Positions 51,508 to 64,000 of a stretch of DNA of 64,000 nt are shown piece after piece. The position numbers and the translations under genes are program-made. The notes beneath the pieces are model-generated. The model was not told where the DNA came from and made no database searches. It saw only the letters and a program-made list of their open reading frames with translations. The stretch comes from Narcine bancroftii (lineage: Eukaryota), in contig NC_091475.1 of NCBI RefSeq assembly GCF_036971445.1, positions 26,784,001 through 26,848,000 of the forward strand, in the 5' to 3' direction. The first letter of the stretch is position 1, and the number at the start of each line of letters is the position of its first letter.

Positions 51508-52884
51508 CAGTAGTCCCTTGTTATCCACAGGGGATATGTTCCAAGACCCCCATTAGATGACTGAAACTGTGGATAGCACCAAACCCTACATATACTATAG
51601 CCCCTTTCACACTTACATCCCACTAAATTGGCTGTTCAGTATTCTGAGATAGGAATGGGTGTTTGGCTTTTCACACTTGACCACTCCTAACTGGGACAGT
51701 AAACACTTTCACACTTGCAAGGAGCCATCCCCAGGGTTAGGACTGTTCTACCTTCTACTAGTGATGTCATGATGCATTGAGTGATGGTGGACCTGTCCTA
51801 AATCCTGATCAATGTATTATGATCTTGTATTTGAACAAAATTAATCATGCCTAATTATAATATAATTAAACTTTATGTACAGCACAGTATAAGCCCTTCA
51901 GCTCTTGTTGTTGTGCCGACCTATATAAACCTTTATAAGTTTAGGAAAGCGCGAGCAATAAACAGCAATAGCGGACAATTTTTAAAAAAGGGTGGGAAAG
52001 TTTGTAGCACTATACCGCACAATTTATACAGCATAGAAAAGTTTGTAGCGCTATAGTGCGCAATTTATACATCGTGGGTAGATTGGTAGCACTATCGTGT
52101 AAAATTTAAATAGGTTTAAAAGTTGTAGCACTACCATGTACAATTTATAAATGCTATGGGAAAAAGCGATGGTGGACCTGCCCTCCCAGAATTCCATGTG
52201 GCAGAGAAAGGGCTGTATGCCTGGCTGCATACATGAGCATTCATAGAAGGGTTTCAATGCCGCATGGCACTCTGGGAAGTCAGGTCCACCATTGCTTTTT
52301 TCCCCACTCAAGTCTTTATAAATTGTGTGCTTAATAGCATTACCAATTTTCCCACCTTGTTTAAAAATCATCCGCTATTGCTATTTATTTCCTCTCTCTC
52401 CCACTGTGACTCTCCCATGGCAAAGTTTATACCTTCATTTTAATCTTTTCTTCCTGCACTCACAAAAACTTGCGTCATTTCAATCCCACAATTACCCGTT
52501 TCACACGTGCCTGATTGCAACGCCACTGTCTGCAGGCGCTGGGCATTGTACTAGGGGTTGAGGCCGTCAATCTCCAGAGTGAGATGATGTCATCTGATGG
52601 CGGCATTGAGTTGATTTTGCTTTCACACTTGCCACTTTAAAGGCCAATTGGTGTTTGATTCCTGGGATCACTTGCAAGTATGAAAGGGGCACATGTTTTT
52701 TTCCTATACATTGGTATATAAATTCCTATACCCATGATAAAGTTTAATTTATAAATTAGGCACACAATAAGAGATGAACAACAATAACTAATAAATAGAA
52801 CAATTATAACATTAAAAAGGGTTACTTGAACACAAGTACTAATGAAACCGCAGAAAGCGAAACCATGGATAAGGGGGACCACTG
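51508..52884. mobile_element. Tigger/pogo-type MITE (MER44/Tigger7-like), split by a Harbinger insertion
   Basis: TIRs CAGTAGTCCCTTGTTATCC / GGATAAGGGGGACCACTG, with TA TSD at 51506-51507 and 52885-52886. Confidence 0.85.
51600..52690. mobile_element. PIF/Harbinger-type non-autonomous transposon
   Basis: TIRs GCCCCTTTCACACTT / AAGTATGAAAGGGGC with several internal TTTCACACTTG motifs; inserted in a Tigger-type MITE. Confidence 0.8.
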
Positions 52885-53544
52885 TATTAAGAACAAATAT
52901 CATTTCCATAGGAAGTGCCTACCGTATCAAACAACAATTTCAAAAGCCACAATTAATTTGCATTCCTGGGCAAAATTTTACTTATATAGTAAATCAAAAC
53001 TTGGCTTACAAATCACATCCAATGAAGTTTTTAGTGAGTGCATTGTTATTTTATTCACAAACAATATAAATTTTACAAGGAGAAACAACAGCTGATGGAA
53101 AGCAGCACCTTTTTCCATGACTTCAAGAGCTGGTCTACAAAAATGTGCCCAGAATGCATCAAATCAAATCTCTGGAGAAAGAATCAAAATAATTTGCTTC
53201 TCTGCTCCATTTCTCATATAAAGACGATCTGTGTATTAGCTAGGTGGGGGGGGGGGGGGGGGTAGGGTGGGGTCAATACATTCCTGGAAAATAGTTCATA
53301 ATCGTATTCATAGTTCATAATTGTATTTTTCCTTAATGCAAAGTGCCCAACACAAAAACTACTCTAGGTCCACCAAAAGATTTGTCTACACCATTGAAAA
53401 ATTACTATTTTTCTTGCATTAATGCAACTGTGAATATTTATCAGTCCTTTCATATTTATTATACATTTTTTTTATCCCTGCATATTTTGGTCATCTAATT
53501 TACACTATTGTATTTGGTATATTATTATGTACCTATGTTAAGTC

Positions 53545-54180
53545 AGGTTTATTGTCATCTAATTGGACAAGCACAACCTGACCAAAAAAAGCAGTCTCCA
53601 GTCTTCATTGCTAAACACGCAAACAATACATATGCAGGACAAGTATTCATATAAACAAATAAATCAAACTTATTCTGTGAATATGAGAGTATTGAATAGC
53701 TAATGTGAGCAGTTCCTTGGGTCATTCAGCATTCTCACTGCCCGTGGGAAGAAGCTGTTCCTCAGCCTGAGGCTGGTTCTGATACTCCTGTATCTCTTCC
53801 CTGAAGTAGCATTGAAAGATGCTGTGTGTGGGGTGGAAGTGGTCCTCAATGATTTTGTGCGCCCTCTTCAGACAACGATCCCAGTAAATCATATCAATGA
53901 TGGGGGAGGGAAACTCCAGTGATCCTCTCTGTCACCCTTATGGTCCTGTGGATTGACCTCTGATTCATTTCTCTGCAGCAATTATACCACACTGTCCTGC
54001 AGCTGGCCAGGACGCTCGCACCATAGCTCCTGCAGAAGGTTGACATAATGGTGGCCGGTAGACTTGCCTGCTTCATTCAGTCTTCTCTGGAAGTACAGTC
54101 ACTGTAGCACTTTCCTGACAAGTGAGGAAAGGTTCTGTGCCCGCATAGGTCACTAGTTAAGTGAACTCCAAGCAACTTGT
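53545..54180 (-). mobile_element. Rex1-like LINE 3' fragment
   Basis: Colinear similarity to 31845-32480 (ctcagcctg...ggttctg, cactccagtgatcctc, aagtgagga, actccaag). Confidence 0.75.
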
Positions 54181-55779
54181 ACCAGTGTGGTTGCAGCAAG
54201 AATTTCAGTGCATTTGTACATTGTACTTGTGCATATGACAAACTCATCATTTGCACGTCAAGAAATAAAACTTAAAAATAAATTATGTATTATTTACTTT
54301 TCATTCCTCGTACAAATTCCACAAGAACAAATTTTATTGCATACTCAAACTTTTGGTAGTAATCTGTGAATTCTGAAGGATGAATTTCCATTACATGTGG
54401 TAGACTACACAAATCTAATCAACACTTCTGATTGAACATTAAGGCAACAACCTTGATGAGGAAGTGCAAGGATTAGAATGTTTGTGGAGGACATGAAAGT
54501 TGGTGGTGTTTTATAGTCTGAAGGGTTGCCAGAGGTTCCAAAGGGACATTGATTGGATGCAGAGTGGGGCTGAGAAATGGTAGATGGAGTTTAACCCAGA
54601 AAAGTGTGAAGTTCTTTATTTCGGAAGATCAAATTTGAAAGCAGAATTCAATGATAATGAGAGGACTCCATTTTTCAGAAAATATGAAAAGCCAAGTTCA
54701 GAACTTTGAAGTTGGTCAAGATTAAATATATTTGGATGCATCTAACAAAGATCTTGTTCCAATCAAAGTTAAATTCACTAATCAAAACAGAGAGAACCCC
54801 CCCCCCCCCCAAACCAATAAGAGGAGAGGACCGGATGGACTAGCAACTGAATGACAAACATTGAGCTGTTGCCAATTTGAAAGCAAGGAACCCACACAGA
54901 CTGCAGGCAACAAAGTCAAAGAACTCGTGTCATGCTGCTGGAGACGGGTTCATGAGAACCAGGTGTCAGAACCAGGATTTGGCAGGATGCTGAGAGCGAG
55001 GAGATCTCTCAAAAGGCCCTGGGCGCTGAAGGCTTCCTCAGAGTGTCGGAGGTTTGGATCTGGGCTCAGATGGCCAATGGTTTTAACTGAAGTCTAGTGA
55101 GGCTGCAGAGGGTACAGGAGCACTGGAGGCAAATCCATGGACACTTAGGGGGACTCTCATTGGCTTCTTTCTCTGACTGCAAGGGGTTCTGGGCAATGCT
55201 AATGGAAAATCTTTGCCTGCCTTCTTACACAACCATAAATTGTATCTGTTACAAACCACATTACCACAGAGACCAAGTTCACACTTAATGTTGGTAGCAT
55301 TTGAATTACTTGGCAATGTCTCTCCAATCTTGTCAAATTAAAAATCCCTTGATGACTTGGCATCTACTTACAGATGAGATAACTAGCAGCATACTTTCCA
55401 ATATAATTCTGTGATATATTTGATAATCATGCAAAGACAAGACTTTTACAACCTCCTTTAGTTTAAATACCATCCAGAATATTTAAAATTCTACCTCAAA
55501 ATTTGCACTCACACCCAGCCATTTCACCACTTTCCTGTTGAAAAGTGCTCATCCATCTCTAGTTCTGGGTGAGCCTCTGATCTTCCCCAGTTAAAACATA
55601 ACAAAATAACAGAGACATAATCTGGGGTTCTAGCTACAAACGGGGTGCTTTCAATAACCAATTCATTAACTCCAAAAATTACAGAAGGAACAAATTGCAT
55701 GGAAGTTCAGTGTTCTAGCATTGATGTTCTGCCTCTCCTGTCTAATACACAAACTGTTCCACCATCACCCCTGCCCACT

Positions 55780-56425
55780 GTGGAGGTGACCAAGTTCAAA
55801 GTGATGTCTTTTGGAAAGTAAAACCAGGCAGGACATACACAGTAAATGATGGGGCACTGGGTGGTGCTGTGCAACATAGAGAACTTAGGTACATGTAAAC
55901 CAACTTGCTGAAAGTGAATCAAAGTGAAGACAACATACGGCACACTTGCTTCCATCAGATGGGGGCACTTCAGAGTGTTGCAGCTGGGCAAGATATTGAC
56001 GAGGCCACATCTGGAATACAAGTAGTTCCAGAGGCCTTATAGGAAGGATGTGATTCAGCGAGAGGGTACAGAAACGATTGACAAGTAGGTTGTTAGGACT
56101 AGAAAGCTTGAATTTATAAAGGAGAGAATGAACAGGTTGGGACTGTCTTCCTTGGAGTAAAGAAGCTGAGGAGTGACTTTAATGTTTAGAGAATCATGAA
56201 GGGCATCGATAAAGTGGATGGTCACAGTCTTTTTCCCAGGATGAGGGAAAAGATTTAGAGGATCTGAGAGGTATATTTTTCTGCACTGTGAGCTTACAGA
56301 ATGAACTGCCAGAAGAAGTAGTAGAGGTGTGTACATTTGATTTGGACAGGTACATGGTGAGGAAAGGTTTGGCAGGATATGGCCCAATGAGATCAGCTGC
56401 TGCATGACTGGCCCGTGTTTTCTTG
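55780..56425 (+). mobile_element. CR1-like LINE 3' fragment, strongly decayed
   Basis: Remnants such as gaggccacatctggaata, tataggaaggatgtgatt, gagagggtacaga and catttggacaggtacatg. Confidence 0.65.
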
Positions 56426-57399
56426 TCAATTGCAATCACAGTGTTTGCAGATTTTCATGTTTCACTTAGTCAGGTGCCACGGTCAGCATGGAGGAGTTGG
56501 TCTGTACAGATTCACGACGACTGTAATGTCTTCTGGTCAAACTTTGCCTGTTATCTGCGTCACATCTGACAGACCCCATTCACCCCTGCATTTTAACTAC
56601 AATGGCTTCTGGCTTCACAATGGTCTGCAGGATAAACTTGTATGCTCCCCCCCAAATGCACCTTCCTTCTCGGAATCAGCACTTTGGTTTCACCCACACG
56701 GGCCACGGGCACCAAATTCCTCCATCAACTTTTAAAATCTGCTGCTTTTAATTTTTCATTCAACCCATCTATTTCTCTTTGGTGTCATGTGACTTTTGGC
56801 CAATCACAATGAAATTCCACTGGATTTTGTCTACATTTAAAAAAAATGGGTGATAAAAAATGGATTATGTTGTTATGGTGTAGGGTTACAAATTAACAAC
56901 TACTTGACAAGGTAAAAGAGTGTGATTAGCACAAGGGCGGGAGTGAAAACAAGTAAAAAGCATATAAATACAATTGGTAACACAATACCGTGACCCCATA
57001 TTCCTCAAAAAAAAATCACAGCTGCCAACTTCCTTATACTCTTTTTAAGAGCATTGCTATGGAAACGGTACAAGATATTTGGTGCAAGCTTTTTCTCTCC
57101 CCCCCCCCCCCCACCTTCTGATGAGTTTCAGCACATTCTGTAGCTAATATTACCAGCTAAATCTCGGGGGGGGGGGGGGGTTCAGTTCTGATTGGAGGCT
57201 GCAAGAGTGAAACAGAATCTTTTTGGAGTTCTTGAATTATCCAAACAACTTTTGCACCAGGCATTCAAGGACAACGCGATCTTCTCCTTCACAAGGACAA
57301 AAACTCGAGGAAATTTTTGATCAGAAACAGATTCCCGTCAATAACCTCAAGTTGTGACCACATTTATTTCAGGAAAATGGGTCTTCTCTCTCCAACCCC

Positions 57400-57912
57400 C
57401 CCCCCCCTTCGCTAGAATTAGACCACGGACTATAGCTTTCACGAAATGCAGTCTTGTGTCTCGGACATTTTTGTTTGCAAGATCATTTGCACAGAATCAA
57501 TAAATACAGCCAGCAGATTCCTAAATACGGAGAAGGGGGGGGGGGGGGGGGTGAAGAGACAGTTGTGGACTGGAACCACTGCTCTCACGATGCGCATTTC
57601 GGACCCCCCTCTGCTTACAAGGTTAAAGGACTCGGTCATTTCCAAATCCCACCTCCTCAAGCCAAGAAGGGTTTGCACCGTTCCTAGTCCACCCGTGCCC
57701 ACTTATGCATCCGCCTGACTGAGGTCGGGGCGGAAATTATTCCCCCCCCCCCCAAAAAAAAACCCTGTTCCAGTTGGTAAAAGACGAGGGGAGGGAGATA
57801 ACTTCAATGTCCATCTGGCGAAACCAGCCCCGGGACGTTCAAATATCGCCGAGAACTAAACAATGGGCAAAATAAAATCACCCAGGAGCAACCCACCGGG
57901 CTCAGTCCGCTC
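57400..57912. promoter_or_regulatory. CpG-rich edge of the putative PTGFRN promoter/exon 1 island
   Basis: CpG density rises towards the gap in non-repeat sequence; GGGGCGG GC-box near 57727-57733; lies 5' of the minus-strand gene. Confidence 0.45.
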
Positions 57913-58112
57913 NNNNNNNNNNNNNNNNNNNNNNNNNNNNNNNNNNNNNNNNNNNNNNNNNNNNNNNNNNNNNNNNNNNNNNNNNNNNNNNNNNNNNNNN
58001 NNNNNNNNNNNNNNNNNNNNNNNNNNNNNNNNNNNNNNNNNNNNNNNNNNNNNNNNNNNNNNNNNNNNNNNNNNNNNNNNNNNNNNNNNNNNNNNNNNNN
58101 NNNNNNNNNNNN
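57913..58112. other. Assembly gap (200 N)
   Basis: Run of exactly 200 N; the round number suggests a scaffolding join of unknown true size. Confidence 0.99.
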
Positions 58113-60968
58113 TTTGTCGCTTTGAAGGCTATAATGGCCTGAATCTCCTGCCATATCTGTTTCAACCTCTAGCTTCCTCTAGAATTGCCACTTTGCTTCA
58201 GAAATAACCTTCCGAGGTCGTACCTGGACTTTTCGTGGAGATCTGGATCCCTGGCCTTAAATGCCATTCATCTCACCCTCAGCAGGTGGCGAATCCTCTG
58301 ATTGATCTCAGGCAATGTTAGCCCCATGAGGAGCATAAAATGCATGTCATGATAATTTGTTCCATCCTATCACCACCAATTCCAGAATTTCAACAGCAAT
58401 TTCATGTTTCTCTCTTGTGAACATTGTATTGACAAGCATTGCATAAAAAGAACAAACAGAATTTAATATAAATGGCTACAAATAGAAGAAATAAACTTCC
58501 AAAGAGAGTTAGAGCATTCATGTACAATAATCATTAAAATTTCATGGATGGGAACAGAACTACTTGAATCCCAGCTTGATTTCCACAGGAATTGAGACAA
58601 AGAAAATAGTTGTTATTCAACAACAGTCCATATGTCTGGCCAACTTCTAGGTTCCAAACCTTAAGTAGAGTCTTTGGAATACAGTGCAGGATGATATCAG
58701 CACCCCAAGGATTACATTGCATTATTTACTGAACCAAATGTATTCCTGCAGTTTAAAAGGTAAATGCTGATTTGATTGAAATTTTTGAGATATTTAAGAA
58801 AATTAAAAAGATGGAAAGAGGGAGACAATTTGCTGCTGATCAAGGAATGCAGGACGAGGGGACAGAATTTCAAAATTAGACCTAGATCTCACAGAATTGA
58901 AGTGGAAAATGTTTTTATCACATTATGCTAACTGGTATGGTAACTGTACCCTAAATTTATAACAGTTGATGCTAGTTCTATTTTTTTATTTAAATTTAGA
59001 CTTATAGAACAGCCTGTGGTGCCCAAATACCCCCCCCCCCCCCATTAACTACAACACCCGTACGTTTTGAATGGTGGAAGGAGAATGTACAATCTCCTTA
59101 CAGTTCAATTGGTGATGGTGTGGCTGGTGTTAATACTAAGAGATTAGATTTTTTTTTCCTATTTGGAATAAGAACACTGAACAGCCTCAATCTTGGTGAA
59201 CAGTGGTAAAGGCTAAATGGCCTCTTTCAGTCTGTGTTATTTTTTAAAATGGCATGACAATGGGTAAAAGGGTGTTTGCAGTGAGTCTCACAAAAGTATA
59301 ACAGTGAGAAAAGTAACAAAAGCCCAGGTTGAATATTGAAGCAATGGAGAGGAATGTTAGGGAGTAGGAGGGATAGCTGTGCACATTAATTTAATCTGAG
59401 AGACAAAATCAAAATCCCTGGGCTGCTTCTGCTTAGAAATGATGGTACAAGGATCAAGGGATTGAGAGAGCTGTCTAGCCACGGAGAAGATAACCCCTAA
59501 GTTGTCCTTTCTTTTCCAAATGATCAGATGTACTGATCAAAAAGACAAAATACAATATATTTAAGTAGTTTCATGTGGTTGAGCCAATCTCATAATTAAT
59601 AACCCAAGTAATTAGTGTGCCAAGTAGTCTTGAGTTTGTAGAACATTCGCTTGAAGTTGAGAGTGTTTTGATGAAGTTATACTTTCATCAGAACATTTAC
59701 ACCTTTATCAGAAACAGAGGCAAGACAATAGTTTAATTTGTCAACAGTGGGTATTTTTGATGATTATGAGGGCCAGAGAACAGTAATTAGCAATTGATGC
59801 CAGAATTTGCAAGAGGAAGAATTTTATAACATGTAAACTTGTACTCCATTACTCCAGAAGGCACTATGCTATTGTACTAAATATGAGAACTTTAGGTAAA
59901 GTTATTTTACACAAATTTCTGGATATTTAATCTCATATTCCCTGGGAAATCTTCTCATTTTCCATCAGGATTTTCTGTGCATTAGCATCTTTTTCTAGGG
60001 CAAAACAATCTCACATTTGTAAGCAGCTGTGCAAAATTCACCACCAACATGCAGAGTGATATTCAAGCTAGTGAGGTGACTAGTCTGAAAATCTAGAGTT
60101 CTTATTTATTCATGGAGCACCCTGGATTTTCTGATCCTCTTTTCCTCGAAATTGTGCAGTTTAATGTATTGTCAGCGCTCACTGAGATCTGTTTCCTCAG
60201 TACAACCTCCCTCATGTGTCTTGACCATTTCTCTATGGAGGTCAACATGACAGTCAGTGTCATCTTGCAGGCCTAAGGATCATTCCAAACTGCTGCTTCT
60301 GATCTTCACCAAAGATCATGGATTGCATGATCACAGCCAAACTCTATTTTGAAAGAGAGATTTTTACCTACTTTTCCTTAAACCTGCAAGAACAATTAAA
60401 GAAAGTATCAGTGGCTGCCTGCTTCTGACCTCCAGAGCACATCGACTTCCTTCCATGTGCTTACAGAGAGGTCTAGGGTGATCTTATGCCAGGTGTGCTT
60501 GGCTATAGTCCTGAGACTTCTGTGTGGTCCTTGCACAAGGTTCTTCAAAGTTCTTCACCAGCCTGAACAGATTCCCCTGACCTTCTGGGAGCAAATCATA
60601 ATTTTCTTCACATCATTGTGTAGAGTTGCAGAATCTTTTTAGGGAATAATTGTATAATTCTGGGGATGTTGATACAGCCTAGCATGTTGCAACAGAACAA
60701 ATGTCCCTGTCCTCAACCAGACTTGGTGAAAGAACCAATAATAAATGAACAGCCCATTTGAATGTTCTCAAGAAGATCACAAGACAATAGCAGATTTCAG
60801 AATAACATCCATGGTAATTCAGATGGAGAGGTATAAGAAAGACTTGATTGACCTGGATAGCTAAAAAATGTAATTGAGATATTAGCAGTCACAGGCTTGA
60901 TCCTAAAACAACCCATACAGGAACAAGGAGAAAGATGATAAGTTGGTGAATAAAAATAGAAATATTGT

Positions 60969-61425
60969 GCTGCTGAAGATCCAGCTGCGCTGGATGGGTC
61001 ACGTCTCCAGAATGGAGGACCATCGCCTTCCCAAGATCGTATTATATGACGAGCTTTCCACTGGCCACCGTGACAGAGGTGCACCAAAGAAAAGGTACAA
61101 GGACTGCCTAAAGAAATCTCTTGGTGCCTGCCACATTGACCACCGCCAGTGGGCTGATAACGCCTCAAACCGTGCATCTTGGTGCCTCACAGTTTGGCGG
61201 GCAGCAACCTCCTTTGTAGAAGACCGCAGAGCCTACCTCACTGACAAAAGGCAGAGGAGGAAAAACCCAACACCCAACCCCAACCAACCAATTTTCCCTT
61301 GCAACCGCTGCAATCGTGTCTGCCTGTCCCGCATCGGACTGGTCAGCCACAAACGAGCCTGCAGCTGACGTGGACTTTTTACCCCCTCCATAAATCTTCG
61401 TCCGCGAAGCCAAGCCAAAGAAAAG
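60969..61425 (+). mobile_element. RTE LINE 3' fragment, same family as 41978-44830
   Basis: Nearly identical to the reverse complement of about 41990-42441; 9-bp TSD ATTGTGCTG at 60964-60972 and 61426-61434. Confidence 0.95.
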
Positions 61426-61514
61426 ATTGTGCTGATAATAGAATATAAATAAATGACCTTTGGAAAGATGTGACATTGATTGCTTGATTTAATTACAACT
61501 TTTCTCAATCACCA

Positions 61515-64000
61515 CCGCAACAGGCCACCATATGATCCCCCCACCCCCCCCAGAACTGGTGGTATTGTCCTTGTTCTTGTCTGTGGTGGCCGGAGGCAAA
61601 GTCTCCACAGCCTTGGGTGGCCTGGCTCTTTGGCATGGTGCTGGTGTCTCGACTGGGCGCGCCGGGTCCGGGTGTGCTAGCTTCAGGCTGTCTGTGGTGA
61701 AGAACTCTGTCTTACCTCTGACGTCCAGCTTGAATGTGGCCCGATTGTTGAGGATGACCCAGAACGGACCCTCATATGGCCTCTGAAGTGGTGGATGATG
61801 TGGACTCCTGCGAATGAAAACATACTCACAGTCCTGCAGATCTTTGGGCATGTTGGTCCTTGCGTGTCCTTGCCTAGAAGGTGGAATTGGGGCCAGGTTG
61901 CCGACTCTTTCCCTTAGCCTGCTAAGGAACACTGCTGAGTCATCCTGCTGTCTGCCTGGGGATGGTACAAATTCTCCTGGGATGATCAGTGGTGCTCTGT
62001 AAATGAATTCAGCCGAAGAGGTGTTGAGGTCCTCCTTGGGGTGTCGTGCCCAATGGCGCCCATGGTAGCTCATCTACCCAGTTGCGTCCTTGGAGTCTGG
62101 TCATGTGCGTGGTTTTGAGGTGCCTAAAAAGCGCTCCAGGCTGGTGAGGTTGGACCATAGACTGGAGGTGAACTGGGCCCCTCTGTCGGATGTGATGTGG
62201 GATGGTAACCTGAACCATGCCACCCAGGACGAAATAAGGACCCTGATATACGAGGTTGCGGACATGTCTGCCAGCGGGACTACTCTGGCCACCTGGTGAA
62301 GCGGTCGACCATTGTGAACAGATATCAGAAATGCTGGGATACTGGCAAGGGTCCTACTATGTCCATATGGATGTGGCCAAACCATCGTTCTGCAGGTTCG
62401 ACATGCTGAGGTGGGGTCTTGATATGCTGCTGTACTTTGGTTGTTTGGCACTGCGTGTACACCTTCGTCCACCTGCTGACCTGTTTCTGCAATCATGATG
62501 GGTGAGCCAATCCATAGATGGAGTCAAAAACCTGTCGTCTCCAAACCACCAGAATGATGAGTCTGACTTGTCTGGTGGCCACGTCACACAGGCGGGTGGT
62601 GTTACCTGTGCCGACTGGTATGTCCTGGACCTCAATCCTGATATGGCAGTCCTGTGTTGGGGCATCTCCTTGTTTTTCTGCTGCACCTCCACCAATAACA
62701 CGAAGTCCACTCCCCTTGATAGCCCGTGGATACTTTGCCTGATCAGTGCATCGGCCACCACATTGTCCTTGCCGGGGACGAGCCTTACATCTGTGGTGCA
62801 CTCCAAGATGTAGGACAGGTGTCGTTGCTGGTGGGCAAATCAGATCTTAGCCAAGGCGAAGGTCAGGGGCTTGTGATATGTGAAAGCTGTGAAGGACCTT
62901 CCCTCTAGGAAGTACCTGAAGTGGTGGATGGCTAAGTACATCTCCAGTAGCTCTCTGTTGAAAGCGCTGTACTTCAGTTCTGGAGGCCACAGATGTTTGC
63001 TGAAGAACGGCAGCAGCTGCCAACTTTCTTCAATCTGCTGCTCCAGAACTCTGCTGATCACTGTTCCTGAGGCATCCACCATCACAGCCATTGGAGTGTC
63101 TGACCTGGGATGTGCCAGGAGACCGGCATCCGCCATGGCTTCCTTGGCCTTCATAAAGGCTTCCACTGACTCCTTGTCCCAGGTGATGTCCTTTGCTTTG
63201 CCTGCCATAAGGGCGTACAAGGTTCGCATGATCTGGGCAGCTGAGGGGTTGAACCTGTGATAAGAATTGATCATCCCCATGAACTCCTGTAGTCCCTTGG
63301 CCGTGTTGGGTCTGGGGAACTTCAGGATGGCCTCCACTTTACTGGGTAGCGGTGTGGCTCCTTCCCTGGTTATTCTGTAGCCCAGGAAGTCGATGGCCTC
63401 CAATTTGAACTGGTATTGGGCTGAGTTGATCGTCAGGTTGAAATCGCTCAGTCGGGTGCAGAGGTTGAGGAGGTGCGCCATATGCTCTTGTTGGTTCCTG
63501 CTCGCTACCAGGTACACGAATGTCCCATCCAGGTCTCGGCCCACTGTGTCCATGAGTTGCTGGAAGGTCTGTGTAGCGTTCTTTAGCCCGAATGGCATTC
63601 GGAGGAATTCGAAGAGGCTGAACAGGGTGATGATGGCAGTCCTGGGGATATCATCAGGGTGTACTGGGATCTGATGATATCCCCATACGAGGGCCACCTT
63701 GGAGAAGATCTTTGCCCTGTGCAGCTTAGCCGTGAAGTTCTGGATGTGTGGCACAGAGTACTGATCTGTTGTGGCCTCATTGAGCCGGCAGTAGATGGCA
63801 CATGGTCTCCAGCCCCCAGTTGCTTTAGGCACCATGTGCAGTGGAGAAGTCCATGGGCTGTCCGACTGCCATACGATGTTGAGCTCATTCAGCTTCCTGA
63901 ATTCCTCTTTCGCCAGCTGGAGCTTTTCCAGAGGAAGGCGTCTTGCCCCTGCATGGAGTGGCGGGCCCTGGGTCAGGATGTGGTGCTGTACTCTATGTCA
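61515..64000 (-). mobile_element. Gypsy/Ty3 LTR retrotransposon, decayed pol (RT-RNase H-integrase), extends past window end
   Basis: VPKATGGWRPC, GYHQIPVHPDDIPRTAIIT, RMPFGLKNA, DASG, YSAFNRELL, ITSDRGAQF and LQRPYEGPF in RT-RH-INT order. Polypurine tract at 61551-61537. The RT YxDD aspartates are deleted (FVYLVAS) and there are several frameshifts. Confidence 0.93.

Noticed and set aside
57804-58207. ORFs spanning the N run
   Set aside because: Artefacts of translating through the assembly gap.
62840-63835. 331-aa Gypsy RT ORF as an active or domesticated gene
   Set aside because: The catalytic YxDD aspartates are deleted, the neighbouring pol is frameshifted and the integrase core has an internal deletion.

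Overview
Vertebrate genomic DNA, probably from a cartilaginous fish (inferred from HE1/V-SINE-like SINEs and the CR1, Rex1, RTE, L1 and Penelope repeat mix). The only intact host gene is PTGFRN (EWI-F/CD9P-1) on the minus strand. Coding exons 2-9 run from 20376 down to 6367, all with GT-AG phase-1 junctions. They give 861 aa: six V-type Ig domains, a TM helix and a short tail. The signal-peptide exon 1 was not found and probably lies in or beside the 200-N gap at 57913-58112, next to CpG-rich sequence, which would make intron 1 about 37 kb. The introns hold a full-length WDR61/SKI8 processed pseudogene, a young RTE LINE with an uninterrupted ORF, many nested DNA transposons and Penelope fragments with hammerhead-like ends. 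A decayed Gypsy element lies at the right end. The main leads are: (1) a SLITRK-like LRRCT coding fragment with clean splice sites, antisense in intron 2 and possibly transposon-captured; (2) an RTE resembling AviRTE; (3) a MITE resembling mammalian MER44/Tigger7. Both (2) and (3) are horizontal-transfer candidates. Repeat-family resemblances are from recall and need database confirmation.
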